Source: an uncultured bacterium
GTDB taxonomy: Bacteria; Zhuqueibacterota; QNDG01; DTFT01
NCBI GenBank assembly: GCA_963736115.1
Contig: CAVTNR010000014.1
Location: forward strand, 128,001-192,000
Direction of reading: 5' to 3'
DNA length: 64,000 nt
The position numbers and the translations under genes are program-made. Position 1 is the first letter of the stretch, and each line of letters starts with the position of its first letter. This document shows positions 42,099 through 52,594 of the stretch, one piece after another. The notes beneath the pieces were generated by a model. It saw only the letters and a program-made list of their open reading frames with translations. It searched no databases and was not told where the DNA came from.

Positions 42099-43366
42099 AT
42101 GTTCTGGTGGTCGGCGGGGGCGGGCGGGAGCACGCGCTGATCTGGAAAATTTCCAGGAGCCCCTACACCGAAAAAATATTCTGCGCGCCCGGCAACGCGG
42201 GCATCGCGGAGCTGGCGGAATGCGTGGACATTCCGGTCACGGACGTCAAGGGGCTGGTTCAGTTCGCGGAAAGGAACCGCATCGATCTGACCGTGGTCGG
42301 CCCGGAACTCCCCCTGAGTCTCGGGCTCGTCGACGCGCTGACCAAACGCGGTTTGACCGCGTTCGGCCCGACGAAGAAGGCGGCGCAGGTGGAAGGGAGC
42401 AAAGCCTACGCGAAGTCCCTGATGGTCCGTTTCGGAATTCCCACGGCCGCATACAAGGAGTTCACGAAACCGGATCCGGCATCCGACTACCTCATGAAAG
42501 CGGCTTATCCCTGCGTGATCAAGGCGGACGGCCTGGCCGAAGGCAAGGGCGTCCTGATCTGCGCGACCCGGGAGGAGGCGTTGGACGGACTGGACCGGAT
42601 CATGCGGCGCAGGGATTTCGGAGATGCGGGCAAAAAGCTGATCGTCGAGGAGATGCTCACGGGCGAGGAAGCCTCGGTTCTGGCCCTGACGGACGGGGAG
42701 AAAATCGTCCTGCTGCCGTCGGCCCAGGATCACAAGGCCGTTTTCGAGGGCGACCGGGGCCCGAATACAGGCGGCATGGGCGCGTATTCGCCCGCTCCGG
42801 TCATGACGCCTCAACTTCTGAAGACGGTCCGCGAGGCCGTGTTTGTCCCCATGATCGCGGGCATGCGGAGCATGGGCATTCCGTACCGCGGCGTCCTGTA
42901 CGCGGGCCTGATGATCGCGCCGTCCGGTCCCAAGGTTCTCGAATTCAACTGCCGTTTCGGAGATCCTGAGACCCAGGCCATACTGCCGCTGGTGAAGACC
43001 GATCTTGTGGATCTCATGATCGAATGCGCTGAAGGAAGACTCAAGAATGAAAGCGTGGAACTCGAGGAGGGTTCGTCCGTATGCGTGGTGATGGCGTCCG
43101 GCGGATACCCCGGCTCCTATGAAAAGGGGAAGGTGATACAGGGACTGGCTTCGATTCCCGCCGGCGTCCGCGTGTTCCACGCCGGGACGAAGATGAAGGA
43201 CGGGAACGTCGTCACCTCCGGCGGCCGCGTGCTCGGCGTGACTGCCGCGGCCGAATCCATCGGACGCGCGATCGAGAAAGCCTACCAGGCGGTGGGAAAG
43301 ATCACGTTCGACGGCGCCTATTATCGGAGGGATATCGGCTACCGGGCCCTGAAGCGGAAGCATTAG
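42095..43366 (+). CDS. purD: Phosphoribosylamine-glycine ligase
   Basis: 'GGGGREHAL', '[11 protein letters not shown]', 'QDHK...[12 protein letters not shown]', 'RFGDPETQ'. Confidence 0.98.
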   Translation: MNVLVVGGGGREHALIWKISRSPYTEKIFCAPGNAGIAELAECVDIPVTDVKGLVQFAERNRIDLTVVGPELPLSLGLVDALTKRGLTAFGPTKKAAQVEGSKAYAKSLMVRFGIPTAAYKEFTKPDPASDYLMKAAYPCVIKADGLAEGKGVLICATREEALDGLDRIMRRRDFGDAGKKLIVEEMLTGEEASVLALTDGEKIVLLPSAQDHKAVFEGDRGPNTGGMGAYSPAPVMTPQLLKTVREAVFVPMIAGMRSMGIPYRGVLYAGLMIAPSGPKVLEFNCRFGDPETQAILPLVKTDLVDLMIECAEGRLKNESVELEEGSSVCVVMASGGYPGSYEKGKVIQGLASIPAGVRVFHAGTKMKDGNVVTSGGRVLGVTAAAESIGRAIEKAYQAVGKITFDGAYYRRDIGYRALKRKH

Positions 43367-43411
43367 GAGGCGCCGTCCTCTCCGGTCGGGGTTCTCGCCT
43401 GTGTCGGGCGG

Positions 43412-44158
43412 TCAGTCCCTGCGGATCAGGAGGCATTCACAGCCGAAGGTCCAGAATTCCCTCATCACCGGCAAATTCCAAGCCCGCCGGGCGGGGATTC
43501 CAAAACGAAGCGCGTAAACCGGGCGGAAGAGGAAAAGCTCTCGGACCACTTGATGGAATCCGGCGATGCGGGCCAGCCTGTCGAATGCGCGTATGGAAAG
43601 TCCGTTTCTGAAATTCAGTGCCGCGTTTTGCGTGATATGCGGATATTCGCCCAGCATACGGCCGAGGCTGCGTATCCAGGATCCGGGCAGCAGGTGCAGC
43701 CAGGGCCAGAAACGCAGCAGACTTCGACCGTTCTGGTGGTGTCCGCCGAAGGGCGAAAACCTTGGCGGAAAAGAGATGTAGAGATAACCTCCCGGTTCAA
43801 TGAGTGCACACAGGTTCCGGAATGCGGCTTCCCTGTCCGGCACGTGCTCGATTACGTCCCGCAGAACAACCACGCCGAAAGGCGCGCCGAAACGCCGGAC
43901 GACCGAGGAGTCGGTGATGTCGCCGACGGTCAGGTCCAGACCCGGATGCAAAGTGCGGGACAGATCCACGCGTGAGGACTCCATTTCCAGCCCCGCGGGC
44001 CGCATTCCGAGACCGGTCAGCGCGGCGAGGAATCCCGCTTCCGCGCACCCGACTTCCAGGACGCGGCGGCCGCGGAAACCGGGTACGTGGCTGTCCAGAT
44101 ACGGAATCAGATAAGCTTCCGCGTGCTTTTTCTGTTCGATGAAATGTTTTTCGGACAT
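43412..44158 (-). CDS. Class I SAM-dependent methyltransferase
   Basis: 'VLEVGCAEAG', 'DVIEHVPD', 'PGGYLY..FPP..SPFGGH'. Confidence 0.85.
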   Translation of the reverse strand: MSEKHFIEQKKHAEAYLIPYLDSHVPGFRGRRVLEVGCAEAGFLAALTGLGMRPAGLEMESSRVDLSRTLHPGLDLTVGDITDSSVVRRFGAPFGVVVLRDVIEHVPDREAAFRNLCALIEPGGYLYISFPPRFSPFGGHHQNGRSLLRFWPWLHLLPGSWIRSLGRMLGEYPHITQNAALNFRNGLSIRAFDRLARIAGFHQVVRELFLFRPVYALRFGIPARRAWNLPVMREFWTFGCECLLIRRD

Positions 44159-44260
44159 ATTTCAATGTTAGCCAATCGAATCCGTAAATTCAAGTAAAAA
44201 CCGAGCCGGTGACCGGGTGACGCCCGATGGCCGGGCGACCGGACCGGGGGAGAAACCGCC

Positions 44261-45472
44261 ATGCACAGTCGGACAGGGGAAAGCACCAGTGAAAAAGCAA
44301 CGGGACAGGACCGCCGCACATTTCTGAAAGCCGCTGGGCTCGCGGGCGCGGCGCTTGTACTCGGCCGGCCGGAATCCTGGGCGCGGCAGGCAGGGCCGGA
44401 ACGTATCGCCACCAATGTCTCGGACGGCCTGAAAATCCCGAGAACCCGATTTTCCCTGCCCGGTCTTTTCCCCGGATGCGTGGTCGAGGCCCGCGCCGAG
44501 AAAATGACTGCCGGCGGCCGGTCCGACGCGGAACAGGTCAAGCTCCTGTTCGAGAAGGGACTGGCTGGCCTCACCGGGCGTTCCGCGGACGAGAGCTTCG
44601 GCCTTTTCTTCACGCCGGAGGATGTTGTCGGCATCAAGGTGAATCCGGTTGGCGCCGGCCTGATCAGCACGTGTCCGGAAACCGTGGAAGCGGTGATCGC
44701 CTGGCTGGTCCGGAACGGTCTGCCGAAGCGGAACATCGTCATCTGGGACCGTTTCGACTATATGCTCGCGGACGCGGGATTCACACCGGACCGTTTCCCC
44801 GGCATCGCGATCGAGGGGCTTCAGACCATGGACGAGGCCGCGGCAGAGGGGAAGAAGGCGGACAACTCCGGATGGCTGCGGCAGGACGGAACGCATGTGA
44901 GCGCCGACCGGTTCGACTCGGGTCGTTTCTACTGGGCCGACGTTGAGGCTGACAAAGACGAAGCCACACTCAACCAGCATGTGTTCACCGGAAAGCATTC
45001 CTATTTCGGAAAACTCGTCACCTCACGGCTCACGAAAATCATCAATGTCCCCGTTTTCAAGAACTGCGGCAACGGCATTTCCATGGCGGCCAAGAACCTG
45101 GCGTACGGATCGATCTGTAACACGGGGCGCCTGCACAAGCCCCTGTTTTTCGACGTGTGCGTCGAAGTGCTCGCTTTTCCCGAGATCCGTGACAAGCTGG
45201 TGCTGAACGTGACGGACGGCCTCAACGGCCAGTACGATGGCGGGCCCTCGGCCGCGGCCCAGTTCATTTGGCCCTTCAACACCCTTTTTCTCGGAACCGA
45301 CCCCTTCGTCATGGATTCCGTCTGTCACGGCATCATGGTCGCGAAGCGGAAGACCATGGGCGTGACGGTGAATGAACATCCCCGGTTCACGGATTACTTC
45401 CGTTACGCTGAACGACTCGGTCTCGGCGTCACCGATCCCGGCCTGCGGAAGCACGTCAAGCTGGAGGTGTGA
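44261..45472 (+). CDS. Tat-exported DUF362-domain protein
   Basis: Tat motif 'DRRTFLK'; 'VGIKVN', 'IINVPVFK', 'KNLAYG', 'DPFVMD'. Confidence 0.8.
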   Translation: MHSRTGESTSEKATGQDRRTFLKAAGLAGAALVLGRPESWARQAGPERIATNVSDGLKIPRTRFSLPGLFPGCVVEARAEKMTAGGRSDAEQVKLLFEKGLAGLTGRSADESFGLFFTPEDVVGIKVNPVGAGLISTCPETVEAVIAWLVRNGLPKRNIVIWDRFDYMLADAGFTPDRFPGIAIEGLQTMDEAAAEGKKADNSGWLRQDGTHVSADRFDSGRFYWADVEADKDEATLNQHVFTGKHSYFGKLVTSRLTKIINVPVFKNCGNGISMAAKNLAYGSICNTGRLHKPLFFDVCVEVLAFPEIRDKLVLNVTDGLNGQYDGGPSAAAQFIWPFNTLFLGTDPFVMDSVCHGIMVAKRKTMGVTVNEHPRFTDYFRYAERLGLGVTDPGLRKHVKLEV

Positions 45473-46452
45473 GCGTGGGCCGTCGATCCGCCGGATCTGT
45501 CATGCGGAGGCCGCTTCTCCGGGCATTCGTTCAGTCCGCAGTCTGCATGGCGATCGCCGGGAACGTGTCCGGGTCGACCGGACCCGGAGTCATGATCCCT
45601 CCCGGCGGTTTTGTGAAGGGCTGGAAAAAGGACGGGCCGGTCAGGCGGTTTATCCCGTCCGATCTGACCTGGCACATCAATGGCGGCGCCGAGCTGGTGC
45701 TCGAATTCGGATTTGAGGAACTTTTCGTTCAGCATTACAGCCGGCGAGACGCCGACCTGTCGCTCGAACTGTACCGAATGCAGAGCCCGGAAGCGTCGCT
45801 CGGACTCTATCTGTCCCGGGGCGGCGCGTTGCCGGATTCCGGTTCAGGGACTTCGGGAAAGGATGCGTCGGACCCGGAGTGGATCACGGCCAATCCGTCG
45901 CAATGGCTGGCCCGCAGCGGCCCGTATTTTTTGACAGTCGAAAATCCGGAAGGCGACCGGATGCTCGAGCCCGTGATGGAAACGTTGATCGGGGAATTGC
46001 TGAGCAGACTGCCCTCCGGAGAACCGCTGCCGATCCTCGGACAAGTGGCGCGGCAGGAATGGATCCCCGGCTCCGTGCGCCTGTTCCGCGGTCCCGTGGC
46101 GCTGGAGGCGGCCTACACATTCGGAACGGGCGACGTGTTCGGCCTCCACGGCGGTTTCGGTGTGTACGGCGGATGGAGGGATCCGGACGGCACGGTCGTC
46201 ACGCGGTTTCACATCTCCTTTCCGGACCAGGCGCGGGCGGCCGCGGCCCTGGATTCGCTCCCGGCGCGGCTGGATGCTTCGATCCGGCTTCTCGGCGACT
46301 TCAAGGGCGGATTTATTTTTACGGATTATTCCGGCGAATACGGGGATGCGCGGCTGGAAGGTTCGGCACTGATTGTCCGGGTTCATCTGAAGGAAAAACC
46401 GGTCCCGATGCGAAGACCGGATCATCCGAAGGCGGAGAAGGAGGACCCATGA
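45469..46452 (+). CDS. Exported hypothetical protein, DUF6599-like
   Basis: 'DL..HINGGAE...EFGF', 'LELYRMQSPEASLGLY'; overlaps both neighbours. Confidence 0.65.
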   Translation: MSVGRRSAGSVMRRPLLRAFVQSAVCMAIAGNVSGSTGPGVMIPPGGFVKGWKKDGPVRRFIPSDLTWHINGGAELVLEFGFEELFVQHYSRRDADLSLELYRMQSPEASLGLYLSRGGALPDSGSGTSGKDASDPEWITANPSQWLARSGPYFLTVENPEGDRMLEPVMETLIGELLSRLPSGEPLPILGQVARQEWIPGSVRLFRGPVALEAAYTFGTGDVFGLHGGFGVYGGWRDPDGTVVTRFHISFPDQARAAAALDSLPARLDASIRLLGDFKGGFIFTDYSGEYGDARLEGSALIVRVHLKEKPVPMRRPDHPKAEKEDP

Positions 46453-47402
46453 TGCGCAGGGATTTCATCAAGTCGGCATTCGCGGGCGGCGCGGGACTGA
46501 CGTTTCTTTCCTGCCTTCGCGGCCGCAGGCGCTCCGTTCTTTCCAGGCGGGAATTGGGGAAAACCGGAGAACGGCTTTCGGTCGTGGGATTCGGCGGCGT
46601 TCTGGTCATGAACGAGGAACCGGCCGTTGCCCAGCGTCTGGTGGCCGAGGCTGTGGATCTCGGAGTGAATTACTTCGATGTCGCTCCTTCTTACGGCAAT
46701 GCCCAGGGAAGGCTCGGGCCCGCGCTCCAGCCTTATCGGAAAAACTGCTTTCTCGCCTGCAAGACGACGGAAAGGAGCCGGGAGGGATCGCGGAAGGATC
46801 TTGAGGAATCCCTGCGCCTGATGCGGACGGACCGCTTCGACCTGTACCAGCTCCATGCCATGACCACGGACGAGGATGTGGAAAAAGCGTTCGGTCCCGA
46901 AGGCGCCATGGAGACGCTGATCCGGGCCAGGGAAGAGGGGCTGGTACGACATCTCGGTTTTTCCGCGCACTCCGAAAAAGCCGCGCTGGACTGCATCCAC
47001 CGCTTTGATTTCGACTCAGTTCTTTTTCCGGTCAACTGCGTCTGCTGGTTGAACGGGAATTTCGGACCGGCCGTGGCCGAGGCCGCGGCAGCAAAGGGCA
47101 TGGGTCTGCTTGCGCTTAAATCGCTGGCCCTGGGTCCGGTCCAGGAAGGGGAGGAGAAACCGTTTCCAAAATGCTGGTACAGGCCCATCGAAGACGACGA
47201 CCTTTCGGACCTGGCGGTCCGGTTCACACTGTCGAAGGGCGTGACGGCCCTGCTTCCGCCGGGCGAACCCCGATTTTTCGGTCCTGCCGTCGCAAGCGCC
47301 TCAAATTTCAAGCCCTTGACCGAATCTGAAGAAGAGCGGCTGTTCCGGTCGATTGGGGGATTGACGCCGCTTTTCGCATCGGCCCACCCGACATCCAAAT
47401 GA
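46449..47402 (+). CDS. Aldo/keto reductase with Tat signal
   Basis: 'MRRDFIK'; 'LGKTGERLSVVGFGG', 'NYFDVAPSYG', 'DLYQLH', 'GFSAH'. Confidence 0.9.
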   Translation: MMRRDFIKSAFAGGAGLTFLSCLRGRRRSVLSRRELGKTGERLSVVGFGGVLVMNEEPAVAQRLVAEAVDLGVNYFDVAPSYGNAQGRLGPALQPYRKNCFLACKTTERSREGSRKDLEESLRLMRTDRFDLYQLHAMTTDEDVEKAFGPEGAMETLIRAREEGLVRHLGFSAHSEKAALDCIHRFDFDSVLFPVNCVCWLNGNFGPAVAEAAAAKGMGLLALKSLALGPVQEGEEKPFPKCWYRPIEDDDLSDLAVRFTLSKGVTALLPPGEPRFFGPAVASASNFKPLTESEEERLFRSIGGLTPLFASAHPTSK

Positions 47403-47433
47403 ACGAACGGTCGTCACAAACCCAGGAGGGGAT

Positions 47434-47640
47434 ATGATTCTCCGGATCAAGGTTTTCACCGTGCTGGCCATTCTCAGTTTGATCGTCATTTTCATGCTGC
47501 AGAACGTTCAGCCGGTGACCATCCGGTTTCTCACGTTCGAGCAGCCGGTACCGCTCATCGGTGTGATCAGCATTCTCGCCCTGGCCGGATTCATCGCCGG
47601 GTTTCTGACGGGTTTGATGGGCGGCCGCCGGCGGAAATAA
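47434..47640 (+). CDS. Small membrane protein, LapA/DUF1049-like
   Basis: Two TM helices with 'IFMLQNVQPV.IRFL'; RBS AGGAGG. Confidence 0.75.
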   Translation: MILRIKVFTVLAILSLIVIFMLQNVQPVTIRFLTFEQPVPLIGVISILALAGFIAGFLTGLMGGRRRK

Positions 47641-47754
47641 CGTTCGGGACCGTCCGGATTGCGCATCCGGTCCGTCCCCGGCCTCCGGCGCCGGATGATG
47701 TTTTCTCTGTCTCGCGGAAACGGTCCCACTGATTCCATTTTTCGTTACGAAAAA

Positions 47755-47787
47755 AAGTGCCGGGCACCTCACAGGTGCCCGGCACTT
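47755..47787. repeat. REP-like hairpin or bidirectional terminator
   Basis: AAGTGCCGGGCACCT-CAC-AGGTGCCCGGCACTT. Confidence 0.75.
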
Positions 47788-47837
47788 CTCGTTCGAGGCG
47801 TCGACTGAAATCGGTTACGGACTCCGGTCGTCCGGGT

Positions 47838-50372
47838 TCATTTCACATACGTCATTTTTCGAATGAACTGGCCGGTCTTTGATTTCATGAGCAGGAAATA
47901 TGAGCCGGTCGGGACGCCGTTTCCGCCGTCGTCTTTCGCGTCCCATTCGAATTCGTGGCGTCCCGCGCTCCGGAATCCGTTTGCCAGAACCCGCACCTGA
48001 CGGCCCGATGCGTCCAGTACCGCGATGCGAACGTCGCCCGCGGCCGGCATTTCGAAGTAGAATCGGGTGGACGGATTGAACGGATTGGGATAATTGTGGG
48101 ACAGCCATATCCGTCCGGGAAGCCGCGAGTCGCCCGGCCGTCCGTCCGCCGCAGAGGGAGTCGCGGGACCGGCGATCGTGAGGTAGCAGAACTCCCGGAC
48201 CTTGACGAATATGAAATGACCGACCGGGTCCACGCTTTGCGTCTCGAGCGCAGACCACTTGCCGTTCAGGGTGTGGTAATACCAGATCTTCAACTCCGAG
48301 GGATCCGCGATGCCTGCGCGGTCCAGGTCGTCCTGTGTGTAGGGAACGCGCACCGTGACCCAATCCTCGAATTGAAGTCCGTCCGGCCCGAAGTGCACGG
48401 CCAGGGCCAGGCCGTTCACGTCCTCCGGCAGCGGGGGCAAAGTGTCCGGCTTCTGGATCGAAATTTCGATTTCCGACCCGAGCGCGTTTTCCGGGATGTT
48501 CAGTTCGAGTCCGCTTTCCGCGTGCGACACCAGGCCGCCGGCCGTGTCCATGGGAACGGAAACCAAAGTGTCCACGTTCGCGAGACCGACTGAGAACGTG
48601 AAGGTCGAATCCAGATGATGGGCCGGGGAAGCCGCGTCGTCCGCGGCCACACGCACGGTCACCGTGCTTCCGTTCGAAAACGGCTCGTCCGGATGATAGA
48701 CGACCGTCATCTTTTTTGCGGATCGGCCGATGCTCGCGCCGGCGCTCTCTCCGTTTTCGACCACGGCCGTTCCGTTCACCCAGGCCGTGAGGGTGCCGGG
48801 ATTCACGCCCGCGCCGTTGTCCCTGACCTTGAACTGTATTTTCGTGTTCCGGGGAACGAACTGCGCGCCGTCCGCCGGATAACAATCGGTCAGGAAGGGC
48901 GGCGTCTCGTCGATGACCCGGAACCGGGCGGTCACGTCCTTGTCCTCGTCCAGTACGACTTCGGTCGCGGAAAGCGTGGAATCCTCGACGCCTCCGCTCC
49001 AGGAGACGAAGGCGAATCCCGGCTTGGCCGAGGCTTCGATTGCGACGCGTTCTCCGGTCCGGAATCGGTGTTCTCCCGCGGCTGGGACTGTGCGGCCGCC
49101 GTTTTCAGGTTCGGCCCGGAGGATCAGGGTTTTGAAATCAGAAGCGAAAAAGGCCTTCAGGGTTTTATCGCCGTTGATGAACACTTCGGTGACGGCTTTC
49201 GCCGGATCCTTCACTCCGCCCTCCCAGCGCAGGAAAACCCAGCCGGGAGCGGTGGTCGCTGAAACCGGGATCCATTCCCCTCGGCTGACCGTGTGCCCGC
49301 CGGGCGCGGGTTCCGTGCTCCCGCCTTCAGCCGGTTCCGCGATCATCCACAGTTCATGCGAGTTTCGCGAAAACTCGATCCACACGGTCTTGTCCGCGTC
49401 CATCTGTACGGTCGTCTTCGGAACCGACGGGTCCGCGACCGGCCCGTGCCATCGGTCGAAGCGGTGGTCGCCGTCAGGTTTCGCTTCCAATTCCACCACG
49501 GTCCCCGGATCAAACTGGTGAACGCCGACCGGCGGCACCGTACCGCCGCCTGCGTCGTTCTTGAGCCGGATGTCCAGCGCGTACCGGATCTTTTCGAAGA
49601 CAGCGGTGACTGTCTCGTTCTGGTTCATGGCCACGGTGGTGACTGGGTTGTAACGGTCCGCAACCGGGCAGTCCCACCGCACGAAACGGTACCCGTCGGC
49701 CGGGATGGCCCGGATCTCCGGGTTGGATCCGTTGTCCACGAGATGGCCGCCCGGGGCCGGTTCCGTGGTACCGCCCTCGACGGGATTCACGGCCAAAGTG
49801 AGCGTGACCTTGAGGGGCGCGAATTCAGCAGTGACGTTCTCGTCTCCGTGCATGGTCACCGTGGTGCTGGCGCTGTAAAAATCAGCCACCCAGCAGTGCC
49901 ACTGGACGAATTTGTATCCCGCGGCCGGTACGGCCTCGATCGGAACGACGGCCTCCTGCTTGTGCCACTGGTCGGTTTCCGGATCGGGATGCGTGGTGCC
50001 TGTGCCGGGCGGCTCGACATGCATCGTGAGCTTGTAGAAATTGAGGAACTTGGCTGTGACGGACCGGTTTTTCCACATCGGGAGGGACAGAAGGGAGTCT
50101 GTCGAAGTCGTGTCACCCTCCCATTTCCAGAAATAATAACCCACAGCGGGAGAGGGTGTCAGCTGGACGATTTCTCCGGGCGAATAGGCGGTCTTGTCCG
50201 GATTCCTGGTAATCGATCCTCCTCCGGCCGGATACACGTTTACAGTGAGGCTGTAATTCGGATCGATGATGACATTAGGGGAAGCAGGTCCCGGGCCGTC
50301 CGCGGACAAAGCAGGCAGCATTCCCGAGAGAAACGCCGCAAGGAAGAACACAGCGCGGTATCCTCTTTTCAT
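47838..50372 (-). CDS. Secreted surface protein with about six InlB-B-like repeats, Ig-like domains and a FlgD/T9SS-A-like tail
   Basis: Repeats of 'L...P..GG.T.P..G.H......V.I.A....GY.F..W.G.V.D.....T.V.M.....V.A.F'; 'NYPNPFNPST'. Confidence 0.85.
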   Translation of the reverse strand: MKRGYRAVFFLAAFLSGMLPALSADGPGPASPNVIIDPNYSLTVNVYPAGGGSITRNPDKTAYSPGEIVQLTPSPAVGYYFWKWEGDTTSTDSLLSLPMWKNRSVTAKFLNFYKLTMHVEPPGTGTTHPDPETDQWHKQEAVVPIEAVPAAGYKFVQWHCWVADFYSASTTVTMHGDENVTAEFAPLKVTLTLAVNPVEGGTTEPAPGGHLVDNGSNPEIRAIPADGYRFVRWDCPVADRYNPVTTVAMNQNETVTAVFEKIRYALDIRLKNDAGGGTVPPVGVHQFDPGTVVELEAKPDGDHRFDRWHGPVADPSVPKTTVQMDADKTVWIEFSRNSHELWMIAEPAEGGSTEPAPGGHTVSRGEWIPVSATTAPGWVFLRWEGGVKDPAKAVTEVFINGDKTLKAFFASDFKTLILRAEPENGGRTVPAAGEHRFRTGERVAIEASAKPGFAFVSWSGGVEDSTLSATEVVLDEDKDVTARFRVIDETPPFLTDCYPADGAQFVPRNTKIQFKVRDNGAGVNPGTLTAWVNGTAVVENGESAGASIGRSAKKMTVVYHPDEPFSNGSTVTVRVAADDAASPAHHLDSTFTFSVGLANVDTLVSVPMDTAGGLVSHAESGLELNIPENALGSEIEISIQKPDTLPPLPEDVNGLALAVHFGPDGLQFEDWVTVRVPYTQDDLDRAGIADPSELKIWYYHTLNGKWSALETQSVDPVGHFIFVKVREFCYLTIAGPATPSAADGRPGDSRLPGRIWLSHNYPNPFNPSTRFYFEMPAAGDVRIAVLDASGRQVRVLANGFRSAGRHEFEWDAKDDGGNGVPTGSYFLLMKSKTGQFIRKMTYVK

Positions 50373-50484
50373 GGGGATTCCTCCATGAGTGGATGAGACG
50401 ATGATGGATGGAAGTGTCAGGCTGGGACGCCCCGCCAAGCGCCCATGAGAATGACGAAAGGAGAAATGTTACCGATAAAAAATA

Positions 50485-50500
50485 TGCAAAGGCTATACCA
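50485..50500 (-). promoter_or_regulatory. Candidate sigma54 promoter of the repeat surface protein
   Basis: Minus strand TGGTATAGCCTTTGCA (GG-N10-GC). Confidence 0.6.
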
Positions 50501-50595
50501 GAGGCAGGAGGGGACGCTAAATGAATGAAAAATATTGATTTAGTTAAGAATCGGAGCGTGTGTGAACAGAGAAAATCCGGCAGAAACGGCCCGGT

Positions 50596-51246
50596 TCATG
50601 CGTCTTTCTTTGCCGGTGTGTCTGACACTGACTGATTCCGGTTTTCAAGACTCCGCCGGACCACGCGCCAGGCGGACCGGAATACGGAATCCCTGTCTCC
50701 GGTTGCATCCAGAACGCGGATGAATGGACGTTGTATCCCCAGGAAAATGGAACGGACCCGCTCCAGTGCGGTATGGTTTTCGAAGAGATCCGGTCCGGCC
50801 GGCCTGGAGGCCGCGATGCGGCTGAGCCCGTCCTGAACCGGCGTGTCGAGTAGCAGGACGAGATCCGGGATGACCGCGATTTTTTCGTTGCGTTCCAGTA
50901 TCATTCGCGGATCGAGGCCCAGTGCGCCCTGGTAGGCGACGGAGGAGAGATAGTATCGGTCCATGACCACGCAATCCCCCCTCTCGAGCGCGGGGCGGAT
51001 ATGGTCGCGGCAGTTCTCGATCCGATCCTGAATGAACAACTCCAGTTCCTCTTCCGGCCGGACGTTCTGCCGTCCTTCCTTCGCCAGACTGCGGATGCGC
51101 TGTCCGAAAGGCCCGTCCGTCGGCTCACGCAGGAGCACCACGCTCCGGCCCGTCCTGCGGATCCGCTCCGCGAGTTTGGCCGCAAGAGTGGTCTTGCCTG
51201 TTCCGTCGATGCCCTCTATTACTAGGAGGAAGCCTTTGTTCTGCAA
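50596..51246 (-). CDS. tmk: Thymidylate kinase
   Basis: 'IEGIDGTGKTT', 'REP', 'MDRYYLSSVAYQG'. Confidence 0.95.
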   Translation of the reverse strand: MQNKGFLLVIEGIDGTGKTTLAAKLAERIRRTGRSVVLLREPTDGPFGQRIRSLAKEGRQNVRPEEELELFIQDRIENCRDHIRPALERGDCVVMDRYYLSSVAYQGALGLDPRMILERNEKIAVIPDLVLLLDTPVQDGLSRIAASRPAGPDLFENHTALERVRSIFLGIQRPFIRVLDATGDRDSVFRSAWRVVRRSLENRNQSVSDTPAKKDA

Positions 51247-51286
51247 ACTGAAAACCTTCCGGTTATGATCATTGATCCGGTATTCA

Positions 51287-51403
51287 GTTCATAGTTCATG
51301 GTTCATAGTTCATAAAAAAATTACATTCATTGTTATGGAGGGTAAAAGCCTGAAATCCATGATGCTGTTTAAAACTATGAACTATGAACTATGAACCATG
51401 AAC
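51287..51403. repeat. Inverted heptamer-array cassette 2
   Basis: (GTTCATR)x4 ... (AACYATG)x4 around a ~58-nt AT-rich spacer. Confidence 0.9.
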
Positions 51404-52582
51404 CAGGTAAAGCGTCTCCTGCGGCTTGCTTAGGAACCGGCACCCCGCATCCGTCACCACCACGATTTCCTCGACTGTTGCCACACCGTGCCCGGCTACG
51501 GTCAGTCTGGGTTCGAGTGTGTATATCTGATCCTTCTCGATCGGCAGAAGGGGAAGATGCTTGTACCGGTCCCATCTGGGCGCGAGCAGGCCGCCTCCGT
51601 CATGCGCTTTGCGGCCGACCTGATGCCCCAGCGCATGCGGATACTCGGCATAGCCTGCGGCCGTGATATGGGTCCTCGCGGCTGCGTCCACCTCCCATCC
51701 GGTGATGCCCGGGCGGAGAATCTCAGCGGCCAGGCGGATGGATTCCAGAAGAACCGTGAAACCGCGACGGACCGATTCCGGCGGCGCGGTTTCTTCGGGC
51801 TTGAGAAAATACCAGGTGCGCTGGAGATCCGACACATAACCGTTGCGGCGCACGCCGAAATCAATATTCATCAGATGTCCCGGTTCAATGAAACGGAGCG
51901 TCGGCGAGGCGTGCGCGCCCGCGCTTTCGGGCCCGGTGAACACGGCCGGGCATTGATCCGGCTCCCACGCCGTTTCGAGCCCTCGGCCGGCCGTCCGGCC
52001 GAGGATGAAATCCGCTACATCCTTTTCGGAAAGACCGGGTTTCAGGAATCCCGTCAATTCATCGAAAATCGCCAGAGTTGTATCCACGGCAGACCGCACG
52101 GATTCGATTTCCTCGGGACTCTTCCTGCTGCGCAGTCGGGCCAGGACGGGTTCCGATGACTCGAACCGGTCCGGATAAGGCGTCCCCTCCAGTATCTCGA
52201 GGAGCAGGCGGTGCATGCCGAGCGTGAGTCCATCGGCCATCACATCCGCGGAGGAAGTATTCAGCAGGATGCGTTTCGGATCCATCCGCTCCAGCGCCGT
52301 GCGGAGCGGATCGCGTATGGAATCCACGTATCCCGTGACCTCGAAAGGGGCATGGTCGCGGATGTTCTGGACATCCAGGGAGCCCACGATTGCGGAGGCC
52401 CGGCCCTGTGCCGGGATGAGGAAAGCGGAGGGCCATACGCAGTTCGCGCCCAGAATCAGGTCCAGTGCCGGATCCGGAAGCGTCGCGGTTTCCCGCGCAA
52501 ACGTCAGCCAGCAGTCCGCTCCGGCTTCCCGCAGCAGGGACTGGGCCTGGAGGATCTTTTCCGAAGTCAGGGAAAGGCTCAT
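51389..52582 (-). CDS. Xaa-Pro aminopeptidase (M24 family)
   Basis: 'IDFG....YVSDLQRT', 'HALGHQVG..AHD', 'TLEP', 'VEE'. Confidence 0.92.
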   Translation of the reverse strand: MSLSLTSEKILQAQSLLREAGADCWLTFARETATLPDPALDLILGANCVWPSAFLIPAQGRASAIVGSLDVQNIRDHAPFEVTGYVDSIRDPLRTALERMDPKRILLNTSSADVMADGLTLGMHRLLLEILEGTPYPDRFESSEPVLARLRSRKSPEEIESVRSAVDTTLAIFDELTGFLKPGLSEKDVADFILGRTAGRGLETAWEPDQCPAVFTGPESAGAHASPTLRFIEPGHLMNIDFGVRRNGYVSDLQRTWYFLKPEETAPPESVRRGFTVLLESIRLAAEILRPGITGWEVDAAARTHITAAGYAEYPHALGHQVGRKAHDGGGLLAPRWDRYKHLPLLPIEKDQIYTLEPRLTVAGHGVATVEEIVVVTDAGCRFLSKPQETLYLVHGS

Positions 52583-52594
52583 GGGTTCTCTTGA

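Noticed and set aside
45879-46448. 190-aa N-terminal extension of the aldo/keto reductase
   Set aside because: It overlaps the DUF6599-like gene; the RBS and Tat motif place the start at 46449 or 46452.
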